In this document: positions 17,484-27,800 of the stretch, in pieces | Numbering within the stretch: the first letter of the stretch is position 1 | How the letters are laid out: every line of letters begins with the position of its first letter | DNA from: a bacterium | GTDB taxonomy: Bacteria > Patescibacteriota > Dojkabacteria > SC72 | Length of the DNA: 64,000 nucleotides | Assembly (NCBI GenBank): GCA_022840695.1 | Contig: JALHDC010000001.1 | Location: 2,516 to 66,515 of the forward strand | Direction of reading: 5' to 3' | The notes under the pieces: model-generated | Seen by the model: the letters and a program-made list of their open reading frames with translations, nothing else | Database searches by the model: none | Told to the model about the DNA's origin: nothing | Translations under genes and position numbers: made by a program

Positions 17484-19760
17484 CTACAAACCAAGCTTCC
17501 AGATTACTGAACCATCAAGTATATATATATTCTTTTCAGAGAAATCCACAACAAAATTTCTTACATCAGAAAGAACCGAATCCTTCTCTCCTCTGTAGAC
17601 ATACTGGAAAAGAAGAAGTATTTGGTTAGGATGCCTACTATCTACCCCTGATTCTATTGGTTTTTCAAATCTAAGAAATCTTCTCCCTTCAGAATCAAAC
17701 AGATACAAACCAGAATCTAATGTATCTCCTGTAAAAGCCTTACTCAAGTTTCCATAATTTCCATCAAATCCTAAAACACTCAAAGGAGCTTCGTTATACT
17801 GATTTTCATAGAAACTGTAGTTAAATCTCAAAAGGTGTGGCTCTTCAGAAATTGTTACATAGATACTAAGATCGGCTATTAAATCCGTTGATTTTTCAAA
17901 TCTATCATCAACAATATATGCATAGGTCAGACCATATCTATCACCATATGCCGAGGTTGATTTTAACAAAGCCTTTCTATCTTTAGACATGAAATAGATA
18001 TTGTCACTCGTAGTCCAAGCAACCATCTCTGTAATTTCTGCTGACTTAATATCATTAACACCCAAACCAGATAGCTGAATAAATGGGGAAAACCATCCTT
18101 CCTCGTTAAAGGCTGCTTTCAACATCCCCTGCTTTTCATCATATACATACACTCCGTTAACACCAACATATACCTGTGAAGGAGAAGTAACTAAGCCATC
18201 ATTATCTGGAAGAGTCTTAACACTTTTATCATACAAAGAAACTCTATGCACAGCTTTTCTCCCTTTATCTGCAACAAACAAATATTCATTACCATAACTA
18301 TCTAAGGATATAGCTAAATCAACAATATCGGAGCCCTCTCCAAATGATAATCTACTATCAAGATAGTTAACCATTGTTCCTCCCTCTACAAACCCTACTC
18401 TCTTGTAAAGAGAATCACCCACCTCCAAAACCCTCTCTCTTAAGGTGTGAAATTTCTCAGTATCCTCATCATTCAATTCCCCAGTTATTTCTGACAATTT
18501 CTTCTCTGCTTGGAATAGGTATGTCTCAGCAGAAGAGCTATCCGTTACAAAACTATTTTCACTTTTACTCAGTAATTCTTCAATTTGAACAAACGATTCA
18601 TTAGCTAATTTACTAATTTCTTTCGATTTCTTAGCTTTAACTGTGAAATTAATACCAAGAAGAATCAATGTCAAAATAATTAAAAACATGAAGAGAAGTT
18701 TAAATCTCTTTCCACGAAGATCCCTGACTTTGTAATCATCTATTCGCATTCCTGCTACACCAACTGGTTTTCTTCTTCCAACCCTAACCTCCGAGAATTT
18801 AGAAGCAACTCTTTTGTACCATCTCTTCTTGCCTAAGTTCTCTACAATATTTTCCGAAAGGGAGTTCCAAATATTTTTGAAGGAAGCCACAACTTTGCCC
18901 CAAAATGGTTCCACCTTCCCCCATATTCTATTGAAAATTTTTTTAACCTTAGAGAATTTTGAACTCAAATCTAATTTTTCCTTAAAATCAACAAGAACTC
19001 TTTGCTCCTGAGGTTTCTTAATCTTCTCTACTCTAGCAATAGGTTTTAACAAATTTTGAGCACTTTCTTTAACAGCATTAACTGAATCCTTGATAGTAGT
19101 TCTTTCACTTACAATCTTCTTCTGTCGCTCTTCTTTACTAAAATACAATAAAGCTTTTGTACCTTCTAAAGAACTACCAATAGCATTTAACATCTTTACG
19201 AAATCTTCTTTCTTCTTTAACACTTCCAATCTAGAGACATAGTTATTCAATATATCTGAAGAAGAAACCATTAGTAGGTCCCCTTCCTCAAGAACAACTC
19301 CTGCTGTATTTGCTTTTTTCTCTTCAAGAACTTTACCAATATCTACAAAAGAACCTTTCTTAAATGTAAATATGTCGTTCTCTCCAAAGATTCCAACATA
19401 TACTCCCTCCTCCTTTACCAAAACAATTGTAAAACTGATATCTACCCCAATCTCTTCTAATTCAATATCGTTAGCAATTAGGTCTTTTACCTTTTTGACA
19501 CCAGAGGATATTGAATCTTTCAAAGATTCGTTTGTTGTAGATGCATTGGAATACAGATATCCATCAATAATACTGTCCCAGACAAATTTTGATATTCTTT
19601 CGGATTTTACACTTTTCTCCGAAGATATTTTTAATAATGCATATATATCACCCTTTTTATCTACCTTTTTTTCTGTACTATTAAAAAAATGCCTGAATAC
19701 CTTTATAAAGGAATTACTATCCTTACTATTGGATACATATTGTTGAGCAGTTATTTCCAT
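17484..19760 (-). CDS. Membrane protein with a PP2C-like N-terminal region, a TM segment and a C-terminal beta-propeller-like domain
   Basis: TM at FKLLFMFLIILTLILLGINF and propeller-like repeats (YLFVADKG, VYVYD, LYLFD, IYILD). The domain calls are inference. Confidence 0.6.
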   Translation of the reverse strand: MEITAQQYVSNSKDSNSFIKVFRHFFNSTEKKVDKKGDIYALLKISSEKSVKSERISKFVWDSIIDGYLYSNASTTNESLKDSISSGVKKVKDLIANDIELEEIGVDISFTIVLVKEEGVYVGIFGENDIFTFKKGSFVDIGKVLEEKKANTAGVVLEEGDLLMVSSSDILNNYVSRLEVLKKKEDFVKMLNAIGSSLEGTKALLYFSKEERQKKIVSERTTIKDSVNAVKESAQNLLKPIARVEKIKKPQEQRVLVDFKEKLDLSSKFSKVKKIFNRIWGKVEPFWGKVVASFKNIWNSLSENIVENLGKKRWYKRVASKFSEVRVGRRKPVGVAGMRIDDYKVRDLRGKRFKLLFMFLIILTLILLGINFTVKAKKSKEISKLANESFVQIEELLSKSENSFVTDSSSAETYLFQAEKKLSEITGELNDEDTEKFHTLRERVLEVGDSLYKRVGFVEGGTMVNYLDSRLSFGEGSDIVDLAISLDSYGNEYLFVADKGRKAVHRVSLYDKSVKTLPDNDGLVTSPSQVYVGVNGVYVYDEKQGMLKAAFNEEGWFSPFIQLSGLGVNDIKSAEITEMVAWTTSDNIYFMSKDRKALLKSTSAYGDRYGLTYAYIVDDRFEKSTDLIADLSIYVTISEEPHLLRFNYSFYENQYNEAPLSVLGFDGNYGNLSKAFTGDTLDSGLYLFDSEGRRFLRFEKPIESGVDSRHPNQILLLFQYVYRGEKDSVLSDVRNFVVDFSEKNIYILDGSVIWKLGL

Positions 19761-19762
19761 AA

Positions 19763-20026
19763 TTATGTAAGAATTACAAACAACAAAGAAAGTAAAGTTC
19801 CTACTAGTACTATTATGGTGTACAAGAGTATGACTATGTTTACTATTTTGTTTTGTGGGGTCTTGAAGGTGTCTGCCAAAATTCTAACTCTCAAAAAGAG
19901 TAACAGAGAAAAGAATATATTCCCTACCAGTATGAGAATTATTGGTAATTTAAGAAGCGAAAGGAAGTTGAATGAAAGAATGGTATTGCTTCCTCCTAAG
20001 TTGTTTAAAAAATCATTTATATCCAC
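19763..20026 (-). CDS. Small two-TM membrane protein (DUF5657-like)
   Basis: 87 aa with two hydrophobic helices; translationally coupled to its neighbours. Confidence 0.6.
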   Translation of the reverse strand: MDINDFLNNLGGSNTILSFNFLSLLKLPIILILVGNIFFSLLLFLRVRILADTFKTPQNKIVNIVILLYTIIVLVGTLLSLLFVILT

Positions 20027-20646
20027 TATATTTCTCCTTTCTGCTTAGATTCCAAAAGATCGTACAAAATATCCTGTACTTCCCTCGGTCTCGGTATATT
20101 ATCAAATTCAATTTCTGCAGTAGCTCCTGCAGTCTGGATGTATACCGTACCGATATCAAATATACTACCAAGAGCACCTAACTGTTTATGTGATACATCC
20201 TCTATCTTGTCCAATCTTGCTTCTGCCATAGAGTGAGATACTATGCTTGTAAAATCTATATCTATAACCCTTCTGTCCGTTATGATATTCACATTGTAAA
20301 ACCATCTTGCAAATGCATATACAACTATAGAAAAAGAAATAGTTAGACATGAAAGAAAAAGTGCCAAGAAGAAAGATGTACTTTCAGCAAGACCAGATAT
20401 AACTATCTGTATTAATACTGGAATAAGCAATACAGTAAGGGCTATACCTGCATATGGGATATATATAATCCAGTGTGATCGAACAATTAAAACTACATTT
20501 TCATCTTTCTCTTTTCCATAGAATGTTAAATCCTTAGGAAATGACATAAAAGAACCGTTGTTATTCTGTTGCAAATTATCCAAGAAGGATTTTCTCAATT
20601 TCCTGAATTTCTTGGGTACTAGATTGGGATTTTCTCTTTTAGCCAT
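20026..20646 (-). CDS. Membrane protein with a bacterial PH domain (bPH_2/YdbT-like)
   Basis: Two TM segments, then NIITDRRVID...LDKIEDVS...GSIFDIGTVYIQTAG...FDNIPRP. Confidence 0.8.
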   Translation of the reverse strand: MAKRENPNLVPKKFRKLRKSFLDNLQQNNNGSFMSFPKDLTFYGKEKDENVVLIVRSHWIIYIPYAGIALTVLLIPVLIQIVISGLAESTSFFLALFLSCLTISFSIVVYAFARWFYNVNIITDRRVIDIDFTSIVSHSMAEARLDKIEDVSHKQLGALGSIFDIGTVYIQTAGATAEIEFDNIPRPREVQDILYDLLESKQKGEI

Positions 20647-20682
20647 ATATGTAAAGATATCATAGAAAAGGGAAAAGTTAAA

Positions 20683-20843
20683 GGGTCTGGCACTGGTCTA
20701 TCCCCCAGATATCTTTACCCAGTACAACCTTTTTGCAAAATCAGGAGGTTCTTTGGGATGTTGCAACAACAAAAATATGTACAAAAAGAGAACGATTTCC
20801 TCTTGTACAAAGGTTTTTATGGGGACAGAGGAGGGTCTGACCC
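20683..20843. repeat. REP/MITE-like element with imperfect 23-bp terminal inverted repeats
   Basis: The reverse complement of 20683..20705 (GGGGATAGACCAGTGCCAGACCC) matches 20821..20843 (GGGGACAGAGGAGGGTCTGACCC) at 17/23. There is an internal TGTACAA...TTGTACA hairpin at 20778..20809. Confidence 0.6.
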
Positions 20844-22714
20844 TACTTCTTCTCTACGTTGAAATACCAATAGTGTGATTGTTGTTGTATACGCATGTGG
20901 CCGGGAGCCATTTGATTGTATATATCCTTAAATTCATTACCGGGAATGCTAATTGTCCCCCGCTCCGTGCCATAAAAATGAACATATGTGGTTTTCCCTT
21001 CGGACAGATCTGTCTTAACAAAAGATATTGATTTTACAGGGTTATACAAAAAACTCTCCAATTCGGAAGATGAATAAGGAGATTTCGTTATGTTGCCATA
21101 ATCTACCCTATATGGACACTTCCCAAAATCACTTGGTAGTAATCTTGATAAATCGGGATTTCCTTTTACTCCTTTACCATATTTTATTAAGTATGCATTT
21201 AAAATATCTATCATTTCTTGTGGAGATAGCCAGGGAGAATGACCGCATGTTATCCCATCAGGCTTATCACCATAGCGATACCAAGATTTATAAAACCATG
21301 TCACTCCAGAAACTTTTTCCCAAGCATCGTAAAACCAGTTACTTCCACCTCCACTCTGTGTATCCCACCCTCCAATACTATCAATCCACCCACCATGCAC
21401 AGCAGCATACTGTGTGATTGCAAGATCTGCCCCACGGAACAAAACCTGACTTCGTGTACTATCAACTGCTTGTTTCCAAGTCCCTGTTTTAACACCTGCC
21501 ACATACTGATGACATGTATCACCTCTTATCGCGGAGGCTCCGTATCCTGTAACTCGCAAAGCAAATGTTCTTGCTGCAATAGCCTGTGCTTTCAATGCTT
21601 CTATATGGAAGTATTCTGGCATTTCCCCAAGACGATATAGATATTCCGTTTCGAAATCGTATGTTGCATAGGTGGGATTTACACAACCATCCTCCACAGG
21701 ATACCCACTTCTGGGACATCTTGAATTTGCACCACAATAGACAACTGTTATAGATCCCATGGTTCCACTACCAAAAGTAGGATTAGAATAGTAAAAATTC
21801 AAAATATCTCTATAACTTTGACCCGCATCAGCTCTAGCTCTAGCACCCCACTGACTCATACCGTTTCTATGTGTATATGCCCCAATAGAAAATACTCCGA
21901 AATAACCTGCTGGCGCCTGAGCTATAGAAGTACCATCCCCAGAGGTTGTATCTCCGCCACTCGATATAAACCCTGAACTTCTTGCAGCTATCAATGCAGC
22001 TTGAAGCTGTGATACCTTTTTTGTCAGATCTGTTATCTCAGAACTCAACCCACTCTTACTAGCTACCTGCTTACTCAACTCTGCCTGTAACCTAACCTTC
22101 TCTGAAGCTAACAACTCATGAGCATCATCCAAACCCTTTCTCTGACTATTCAAATCCTCCATCTGATTATCCAAATCAGCCTTACTCTCTGCTAACGAAC
22201 TAAACTCCCCCCCTATCTTCTCTACCTCTCCCCTTAACATAGATATAGTACTCTGCTTTATGAAAATACTCTCCACCAAACTCTTCCACCCCTCTTTACT
22301 TAAAAAGAAATTAGATACCTTAGACCTACTCTGTATATACAAATCACCAGAAACCTCATCAATTAATACTTTCATTTTCTCCAACTGTCCCTGCTTTTCA
22401 TTAATAGCTAAACTCTTCTCCTCTATCTCCTTCTCTGTTCTTTCAATATTTTCTTCTAACTCTGTAATCTCTTTGTTTATCAAAACAATCTTTTGGGATA
22501 TTGAATAATTACTATTACTTATCTCTTTTATTCTGCTTTCAACACTCTTTAAAACACCCTCCTTCTCTTTTAACTCTTTCTCTGTTTCAGCTATTTTATT
22601 CTCTAAATCCACTATTTCATTAGAATATATTGGGAAGTTGAAAAGAGTGAATGAATACAAAACAAAAAGAAATACGGCAAATATATTTGTGATTATTCGG
22701 GGCACTTTAGACAT
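20843..22714 (-). CDS. Secreted coiled-coil plus SpoIID/LytB-domain peptidoglycan hydrolase
   Basis: Signal/TM segment, long coiled coil, HRNGMSQWGARARADAGQSYRDILNFYY and YLYRLGEMP...EALKAQAIAARTFA. Confidence 0.85.
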   Translation of the reverse strand: MSKVPRIITNIFAVFLFVLYSFTLFNFPIYSNEIVDLENKIAETEKELKEKEGVLKSVESRIKEISNSNYSISQKIVLINKEITELEENIERTEKEIEEKSLAINEKQGQLEKMKVLIDEVSGDLYIQSRSKVSNFFLSKEGWKSLVESIFIKQSTISMLRGEVEKIGGEFSSLAESKADLDNQMEDLNSQRKGLDDAHELLASEKVRLQAELSKQVASKSGLSSEITDLTKKVSQLQAALIAARSSGFISSGGDTTSGDGTSIAQAPAGYFGVFSIGAYTHRNGMSQWGARARADAGQSYRDILNFYYSNPTFGSGTMGSITVVYCGANSRCPRSGYPVEDGCVNPTYATYDFETEYLYRLGEMPEYFHIEALKAQAIAARTFALRVTGYGASAIRGDTCHQYVAGVKTGTWKQAVDSTRSQVLFRGADLAITQYAAVHGGWIDSIGGWDTQSGGGSNWFYDAWEKVSGVTWFYKSWYRYGDKPDGITCGHSPWLSPQEMIDILNAYLIKYGKGVKGNPDLSRLLPSDFGKCPYRVDYGNITKSPYSSSELESFLYNPVKSISFVKTDLSEGKTTYVHFYGTERGTISIPGNEFKDIYNQMAPGHMRIQQQSHYWYFNVEKK

Positions 22715-22729
22715 AACAGCATTATACCA

Positions 22730-23122
22730 TTAGCTGATAATGTTTTTTACAAATTCTATTATATATGGAAGAAACACTATTAATCCTGTTGTTACAGAAA
22801 CAAAAGCACTCACTAAAACAGCTCCAGCACTAACATCTTTGGCATATTTAATATTTACCTTATACTCCAAAGAAACAGTATCACACAATGCCTCTATTGC
22901 ACTATTAACTGTTTCAGATATAAAGACCATGGATATTACTAAGCTTAATGCTATCCAATCTGTATGAGAAATTTGGAAAAAGAACCCAGCAAAGACAACC
23001 AAGAGTGCAAAGATGAGATCTATTCTAAAATTTCTTTCGTTCTTAAATATCAGCTTAATACCATTCCTAGCATGCCCTTGGCTTTTAAAAAAATTTTCTG
23101 CCTGATATTTATGATTTTTCAT
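22730..23122 (-). CDS. dgkA: Diacylglycerol/undecaprenol kinase family protein
   Basis: ERNFRI, ETVNSAIEALCD, AKDVSAGAVL. Confidence 0.9.
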   Translation of the reverse strand: MKNHKYQAENFFKSQGHARNGIKLIFKNERNFRIDLIFALLVVFAGFFFQISHTDWIALSLVISMVFISETVNSAIEALCDTVSLEYKVNIKYAKDVSAGAVLVSAFVSVTTGLIVFLPYIIEFVKNIIS

Positions 23123-23442
23123 TATTGGGCAATGAAGTCTAAAACTGCATTAAGTACTGTAAATATAACCATTACAAAGATAAAGCCAATAACAGCCCAT
23201 GTTAATGTCCCTTGAGCTTGCTTCACCCTAGCAGGATCCCCTGCAGATATCATCCACATATATCCTCCCTGTATTATGAATATTACACAGATCAAACCTG
23301 CCAATGGAAAAAGGTAACTTAAAAGTTTATCTACCAATGTAGCCAATGTCCCATCTGTTAACCTAGGTGGTTCCTGGGCAAACACCGGAGAAACTAGAAG
23401 AAGTCCGGAGAAAAAATATATATATTTAAATATACTTTTCAT
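23122..23442 (-). CDS. TrbC/VirB2-like pilin
   Basis: Signal peptide plus GGYMWMISAGDPARVKQAQGTLTWAVIG. Confidence 0.8.
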   Translation of the reverse strand: MKSIFKYIYFFSGLLLVSPVFAQEPPRLTDGTLATLVDKLLSYLFPLAGLICVIFIIQGGYMWMISAGDPARVKQAQGTLTWAVIGFIFVMVIFTVLNAVLDFIAQ

Positions 23443-23717
23443 TATTTAGTAGTTAAAACTTCATTTATTACAAATTCTATAATTGTTGGGGATATAAATA
23501 CAAGTATTAAACCTAAAAGAGAGAATGCCATTGATCTTGTAGCATCTTTTATCTTATCCTCATCACCAAAAGAAAGTATGAACTTAAAGCCAGAAATGAC
23601 TAATGATATAACCACTATTACTACGGAGAATGAGATGGCAAAGTTTATTATAAAGAATACAAATTCTGTTAAATTCTCATACCCCGTGTTGTTAAGAATA
23701 CTTAAATCCACCAACAT
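23442..23717 (-). CDS. TrbC/VirB2-like pilin
   Basis: SGFKFILSFGDEDKIKDATRSMAFSLLG. Confidence 0.78.
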   Translation of the reverse strand: MLVDLSILNNTGYENLTEFVFFIINFAISFSVVIVVISLVISGFKFILSFGDEDKIKDATRSMAFSLLGLILVFISPTIIEFVINEVLTTK

Positions 23718-23741
23718 ACGGGTATTAATTAAAAATATCTA

Positions 23742-24086
23742 TTACTTAAGAACGTTTGTTAATACAAACTGTACTAAGATTACGGAGATAAAACAGATAA
23801 CCAAACCAACGATTGCATATGTCAATGATTTTGTTGCTTTTTCTATCTTTGATTCATCTCCAGCTGCTGTGATATATGTATATCCACTAGCTATCAATAT
23901 TGCAACACATACTAAAGCTGCTAAACCAATTACTAAGTTCAAAACATCTTTAACCCATGGTAAAAAATCTTTACTTAATGGACCTTCTGGTAAATACTCT
24001 GTACCTGTTTGTGCTAAGACTGCAGAAGCTAAGTAGAGATTAGAAGCAACTCCTGAAACTACTGCTAATATCTTGGTCATTTTCAT
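23742..24086 (-). CDS. TrbC/VirB2-like pilin
   Basis: Signal peptide plus SGYTYITAAGDESKIEKATKSLTYAIVG. Confidence 0.8.
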   Translation of the reverse strand: MKMTKILAVVSGVASNLYLASAVLAQTGTEYLPEGPLSKDFLPWVKDVLNLVIGLAALVCVAILIASGYTYITAAGDESKIEKATKSLTYAIVGLVICFISVILVQFVLTNVLK

Positions 24087-24161
24087 ATATTCTGTTTATT
24101 AAATATTATATTAATTGTGATAATTATATATAAAGGATTAGTTTTATGCAATACTAATTCT

Positions 24162-24458
24162 TTATAACCCCAATATCTTTCCAATAACAAAATCTATTAT
24201 TGTTCTAGCTAAAAATACAATAACCAAACCTATGATTGCAGCTGTTATACCCTTTTGACCTTTTTCGATCTTTTCAGGATCTCCTGCAGCAGTTATGAAC
24301 ATATACCCTGAAGCTACTAAGATAATTACAGCAACTAAAGCTGAAAATCCTACAAAGAAATCAATTGCAGTACCCACTTTTGAATTCAAAACGGAATCAA
24401 GAGTAGGATCTCCCCAATTTATTAATTTATCTCCAATAAACTGAGTTATATTTGTCAT
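24162..24458 (-). CDS. TrbC/VirB2-like pilin
   Basis: SGYMFITAAGDPEKIEKGQKGITAAIIG. Confidence 0.8.
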   Translation of the reverse strand: MTNITQFIGDKLINWGDPTLDSVLNSKVGTAIDFFVGFSALVAVIILVASGYMFITAAGDPEKIEKGQKGITAAIIGLVIVFLARTIIDFVIGKILGL

Positions 24459-24474
24459 ATTCGTATATTAATAA

Positions 24475-24825
24475 TTAATTATAAATATCCAAACCCAATG
24501 TATTACTGATTATCAATAGTATTGCAACAGAAAGTAATACTACTAAAAAACCAATAATTGCATTAGTTAAAATTTCCTTCCCTTCTTTTAATTTGTCCGG
24601 ATTTCCTTGACTAGACATAAGCATATATCCAGCATATACCACTAAAACAACCACACATATCACAGCCAAAGGAACAGCGATATCTACGATGGCATCTATA
24701 AGTTGATTCTCATCGGCAATCCCACCACTCTCCAATTTACCTAAACTTTCACTTAGTTTTGAACCCAAATCCTGAGCATATGCTTTTTGCACTATTAAAT
24801 CATGAATTTTACTAATAATTTCCAT
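24475..24825 (-). CDS. TrbC/VirB2-like pilin
   Basis: AGYMLMSSQGNPDKLKEGKEILTNAIIG. Confidence 0.8.
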   Translation of the reverse strand: MEIISKIHDLIVQKAYAQDLGSKLSESLGKLESGGIADENQLIDAIVDIAVPLAVICVVVLVVYAGYMLMSSQGNPDKLKEGKEILTNAIIGFLVVLLSVAILLIISNTLGLDIYN

Positions 24826-24847
24826 AAGCCAAATTATACTATATCAA

Positions 24848-27800
24848 TTACAAATCTGCATATTCACATATTGAATTATAATCACAGAACCTACAAAGAT
24901 ATCCAGGAGTGGCAGTAAAATCTCCTCTCTTTACAGATTCTAATGTTGCAAGTAATTTTTCTTTTGATAACTCCCTTCTCTCTTCCGAGACATTAACCTC
25001 CAATTCCTTCCCTGTTTCTACATAAATATATTTAGCCTTACAAACTTTATATCCCAGTTTCTCCTCTGCGAATAATGCATACAAAGGTAATTGTAAATCA
25101 TCCTTCACGTCCTTCTCCTCTTTTTCCTTACCGGTTTTATAATCCACAATACATACCTCTGTAACACCATTGCTTTCTCCTACATAATCTATTCTGTCTA
25201 TCTTCCCTACAAAAACAGTATCCCCCAAATGAACATTAAAACCCTCCTCTAATCTAAGAGGTTTATCCTTTTCATCAAAAACTTTCTCATAATAATTTTT
25301 TAACATTTCAACACCTTCCTCTTTTCTTTCCTTTTCATGCTTACTACTTTCATAACCAGAAGAAACCCAATTCTTTTCATACAATCTGAGTAACTCCCCT
25401 ACCGTTGGCACATCAGTTATACCTTCCAATCCAGATTGAGAATGTTTTAATAGTGAATAGAAGTCCTTCATTGTATTATGAATAGTAGTTCCAAAAGAGA
25501 GGGCAGCACTTGGTCTTTGGGGAACCTTCAATATATATGCATATTCATATTTTCTAGGACATGCCTCATAGACATTAAGTTGAGAATAACTAAATCTTTT
25601 AACTAAATTCCGTTTTAAATCAGACCCCAATAAAACACCTACATCCTCATCATTTATAATATTAATTCCAACACTCTTTTCTGCCAGATTTTTAACTTCA
25701 ATATTTTTAAATTCTTCCTCCACATTCCTATCAAGTATTTCATTCAGAAATATACTTGGTTTTTTCTTTCTCTTTCCATCACCATAGAAATATGCAGCTG
25801 TGAGGAATAATTTTTCCATTGCTCTAGTTGCACCGACATAAAACAACCTTCTTTCTTCCTGGATATTAGATTCTTTTTCACTAATCTCTTCAGGCAAGGT
25901 TTCTTTTATTAAAGCCTCTGGTATTGGAATACTATCTGATCTCCCATATGCAGGAAATCTCTGTGCAACAAGATTTACTAAAAAGACAATTGGAAACTCC
26001 AAACCTTTTGAACCATGTACTGTCATAATATTTACTCCATTAAAATCTTCTAATTCTGTCTGATCTACCAAAGGTGATTCTCCAACCTCTATGCAGTAAT
26101 TGAGATAATCTACATACTCATAGATATTAGATAATGGATTATCCTTCTCATACTGCTTAACTAATTCCAAAAATTTGTTTATATTTGAAACCGCAAAAAG
26201 ATTCTCCGGATCTTCATTCTCCATAAAGGAGTCTAAATACAGGCTCTTTATCACAAACTCATACACTATTTCTAAAACTGGTCTATTATCCTTAACTCTT
26301 ACAATTGAAGAATTTAATAGATCAAGAAGCCTACTAATACCAGCAATAGCTTTAGGGGAAAGAATTTTTGCAACTTCCTCATTCTCAATATCTTCGATTT
26401 CATCACTACTTACATCCCCTAATTTCACATTCCATAGTTCCTCCAATTGCTCAAAGAGAGTTATCTTCTTCTCTCTCGCCCGTTTACTAATTTCTACATA
26501 CTCCCTTGCAGATAAATCCCATATGGACATAGAAAGTAATCGGTACATAGATATTTCATCGGAATAATCTGTCAAGACTTTAAGAAACGATACTATATTT
26601 CTAACTTCTTCTCTGAAATATAATCCTCTTGAACCACCTAGTTTATATGGAATCCCTTTATTACGAAGAGCTTGTATAAAACTCTCTGCATGAGAATTAG
26701 CTCTTACAAATATTGCAATATCAGAAAATTTATAATCTCTTTCCTTCTCATCGACAAAAGATGCCTGCCCTTTCTCATCAAAGACCTGCCCTTCACTATC
26801 TTCAACAACATATTCATCATATCCTGTTAATTTTAATATCTCCTCAGCAACCTTCTCAGCTTCTGCACTCTCATTATTTGCCACTACTAAATTAACAGGA
26901 TTATCATCTTTTTTAAAAACAGCCTTAGCCAAAAGCTTTTTCTCAATATTCTCAGTAATCTCCAACCTGTTGGGATTATTATGCTTAATTAACTGGTATG
27001 AAGCATCTAAAATCTCCTGTCTTGAACGATAGTTTTCTGTTAGAACAATTTCTTCTGCCTCTGGATATGTTTGTTTAAATTGGAGAATATTTGATATTGC
27101 AGCACCTCTAAATTTGTAAATGGCTTGATCATCATCACCAACTACAGTTAGGTGTGATGGCCCTTCTCCCAGAAGATTTACTAATACATTCTGTGCATAG
27201 TTAGTATCCTGAAATTCATCTACTAGTATATATTTAAACTGTTTCTGATATTTCTTCCTCTCTCTTAACAACCTCAGCGTAAGGGTTATTAAATCACCAA
27301 AATCTAGCTTTGAATTTTCAATCTTCAAATCCGAATACATCTTATATGTATTAGCAAGCTCATTAGTCTTTGCATACTCCTCTTTCTCCTCTTCACTGTT
27401 TTTAGGTAAACTACTCGCATATTCTAAGTATTCTTGGGGAGAGACATCCTCATCTTGAAGTCTTGAAAAGTGCCCAATCAAGTCATTTATAAATTTTGTA
27501 GAATTACCCCTTGGTCTTAAAGTTTTAAGAGGTAGATCATACAAATACCTTCTTAAAAAGATATATGCTTGAGATGTACTCATTAAAGAATATCCCCCAT
27601 CGAGACCAATATTGTAACCATCTTCTCGTAGAATTTTGTCACAAAAAGAATGAAATGTTGATATTAATGGCTCTTCATACCCATACTCCATTTCCAGATC
27701 TACTCTCTCCTGCATTTCTTGGGCAGCTTTTTCTGTAAATGTTAATGCCAATATCTCGGAAGGCTTAGCATATCCCTTCTTTATTATATGTATTATCCTT

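Noticed and set aside
27240-27275. Possible short in-frame deletion in the helicase (LLRERKKYQ)
   Set aside because: The segment looks a few residues short of typical UvrD proteins, but without an alignment it cannot be distinguished from natural variation.
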